A stretch of DNA of 64,000 bases from Ignavibacteriales bacterium CG_4_9_14_3_um_filter_34_10 (lineage in GTDB: Bacteria; Bacteroidota; Ignavibacteria; Ignavibacteriales; Melioribacteraceae). The stretch lies in contig PFVB01000185.1 in the NCBI GenBank assembly GCA_002790395.1, positions 4,321 to 68,320 on the forward strand. Reading direction: 5' to 3'. The translations under genes were made by a program, and so were the position numbers. Within the stretch, counting starts at the first letter, position 1. Each line of letters begins with the position of its first letter. This document shows positions 63,601-64,000 of the stretch, piece by piece. Below the pieces are notes generated by a model that was not told the DNA's origin, ran no database searches, and saw only the letters and a list, made by a program, of their open reading frames with translations.

Positions 63601-64000
63601 TTATATCTGTTACGCTGGAAGCTTTAATATTCTCAATAACTTCGGGAGTTAACTCACCTTCTTTGCTTACAAATACTTCACCTGTTGACTGGTCAATCAC
63701 ATCATCAGCAGCAATTCTACCCTGGAAATCATCTAAATTTACTTTTTTAAGTTTAATTTCCTCAACAAGGTTGAATAAATTTGTTATTTCTTCGTCGGTT
63801 TCGTAACCCAAAGCACGCAGAAGTGTAGTGGATGGGAATTTTTTTCGTCTGTCGATATAAACAAAAAGCACGTTGTTAATATCAGTAGAAAATTCAACCC
63901 ACGAACCTCTGAAAGGAATAATTCTTGCAGCAAAAATAGGGGTACCGTTTGGATGAACAGTTTGACTAAAAGCAACACCGGGAGATCTGTGAAGCTGGGT
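60665..64000 (-). CDS. rpoB: DNA-directed RNA polymerase subunit beta (N-terminus beyond window end)
   Basis: The track ORF begins at an internal GTG (63871). The same frame stays open to nt 64000 and reads [44 protein letters not shown], a conserved RpoB segment. Downstream blocks include GRHGNKGV and [21 protein letters not shown]. Confidence 0.97.
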   Translation of the reverse strand, partial: TQLHRSPGVAFSQTVHPNGTPIFAARIIPFRGSWVEFSTDINNVLFVYIDRRKKFPSTTLLRALGYETDEEITNLFNLVEEIKLKKVNLDDFQGRIAADDVIDQSTGEVFVSKEGELTPEVIENIKASSVTDIKLFVPSTNLEENLIINTLKKDISKSKEEALFSIYRQLRTGEAPDLEAAKSLIDKLFFDEKRYDLGEVGRFRMNDKLKLDIPKETKVLTVEDIVAIIRDIIKLRAGEIPIDDIDHLGNRRVRTVGEQLQQQYNIGLARMARTIKERLNVRDQENLQPQDLVNARTISSVINSFFGTNQLSQFMDQTNPLAELTHKRRVSALGPGGLTRERAGFEVRDVHHSHYGRLCPIETPEGPNIGLISSLTIFAKVNKYGFLETPYRRVHDGKVSKHVDYLNADQEDAFTIAQANAPLDEQGKFIRDRVKSRHRGEFPVVPPSQVHYMDVAPSQIVSVAASLIPFLEHDDANRALMGSNMQRQAVPLLVPQAPTVGTGMEYKAAHDSRTMILAENDGVVEFSDAKKVIVKYITDSKSFESLTSFDDEKRVQYDLTKFSGTNQETCFNQKVRVATGQTIKKGQVIADGPAIENGELALGKNVLVAFMPWRGYNFEDAIILSEKIVANDVFTSIHIEEFELQVRETKRGEEELTRDIPNISEEATKYLDENGIIMEGAEVKEGDILIGKITPKGESDPTPEEKLLKAIFGDKAGDVKDASLKAPPGLKGTVIKTRLFSRKKKDPEAKRIEKKELDQLEKSIENRKKNHYKKLVDKLTLICEGKTTTGIRDLDGTLMLRSGAAIKDSTFAGISDLTKLDYTQDWFSQKPTNDMIKALFVSYFDVLADIEEENKREKLKIQSGDELPPGIVQLAKVYIAKKRKVNVGDKMAGRHGNKGVVAKIVPLEDMPHLEDGTPVDIILNPLGVPSRMNLGQLYETALGWVGNQLGVKFETPIFDGAKVENVEEWLAKASLPTGSKINLVDGRSGEKFHQKVTCGYIYMMKLGHMVEDKIHARSIGPYSLITQQPLGGKAQFGGQRFGEMEVWALEGYGASHILQEVLTVKSDDVIGRAKTYEAIVKGENVPKPGVPEAFNVMIKELQGLGLDLKVN

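Noticed and set aside
63784-63978. Track start of rpoB at 63871, and the 64-aa ORF at 63784-63978
   Set aside because: The rpoB frame stays open to nt 64000 with conserved RpoB sequence, so 63871 is an internal Val codon. The 64-aa ORF is an out-of-frame overlap.
1-64000. Scan for CRISPR repeats, IS elements or transposases, prophage genes, restriction-modification, toxin-antitoxin or other defence modules
   Set aside because: No spaced direct repeats and no ORF with transposase, integrase, nuclease-helicase or methyltransferase hallmarks were seen. All large ORFs have ordinary housekeeping or envelope assignments.

Overview
AT-rich (roughly one-third G+C by eye) bacterial chromosome segment. 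Almost everything is on the minus strand. I saw no rRNA, CRISPR array, transposase, integrase, phage gene or recognisable defence or toxin-antitoxin gene.

Right half (36.6-64 kb): one co-directional housekeeping array, rpoB(partial)-rpoC-rpsL-rpsG-fusA-tuf followed by the S10, spc and alpha ribosomal-protein operons, then engB. rpmJ was missed by the ORF track. A tRNA-Gln sits between rplR and rpsE.

Left half (1-36.5 kb):
- a type IX secretion (T9SS) operon: porU-porV plus two peptidase-fold secreted proteins
- nth and tRNA-Glu
- an orphan histidine kinase
- pabB and pabC
- an envelope operon: three SurA/PpiD-like chaperones, MoxR and an M23 peptidase
- metG, an acyl-CoA ligase and several membrane proteins
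- a mixed operon: deoB / two EutN-CcmL genes / rpoD / NlpC-P60 / fumC / a 42-aa CDGSH mini-ORF

Lineage: T9SS genes, a short (~284 aa) primary sigma factor, clear Shine-Dalgarno sites and a TTGACA-17-TATATT promoter suggest an FCB-group organism, possibly Ignavibacteria-like. This is inference only.

I found no clear-cut new multi-gene system. The best leads are:
- the orphan tandem BMC vertex-protein pair beside rpoD
- an M6-like pseudoprotease coupled to porU/porV
- the tRNA embedded in the spc operon
- the unannotated CDGSH ORF coupled to fumC
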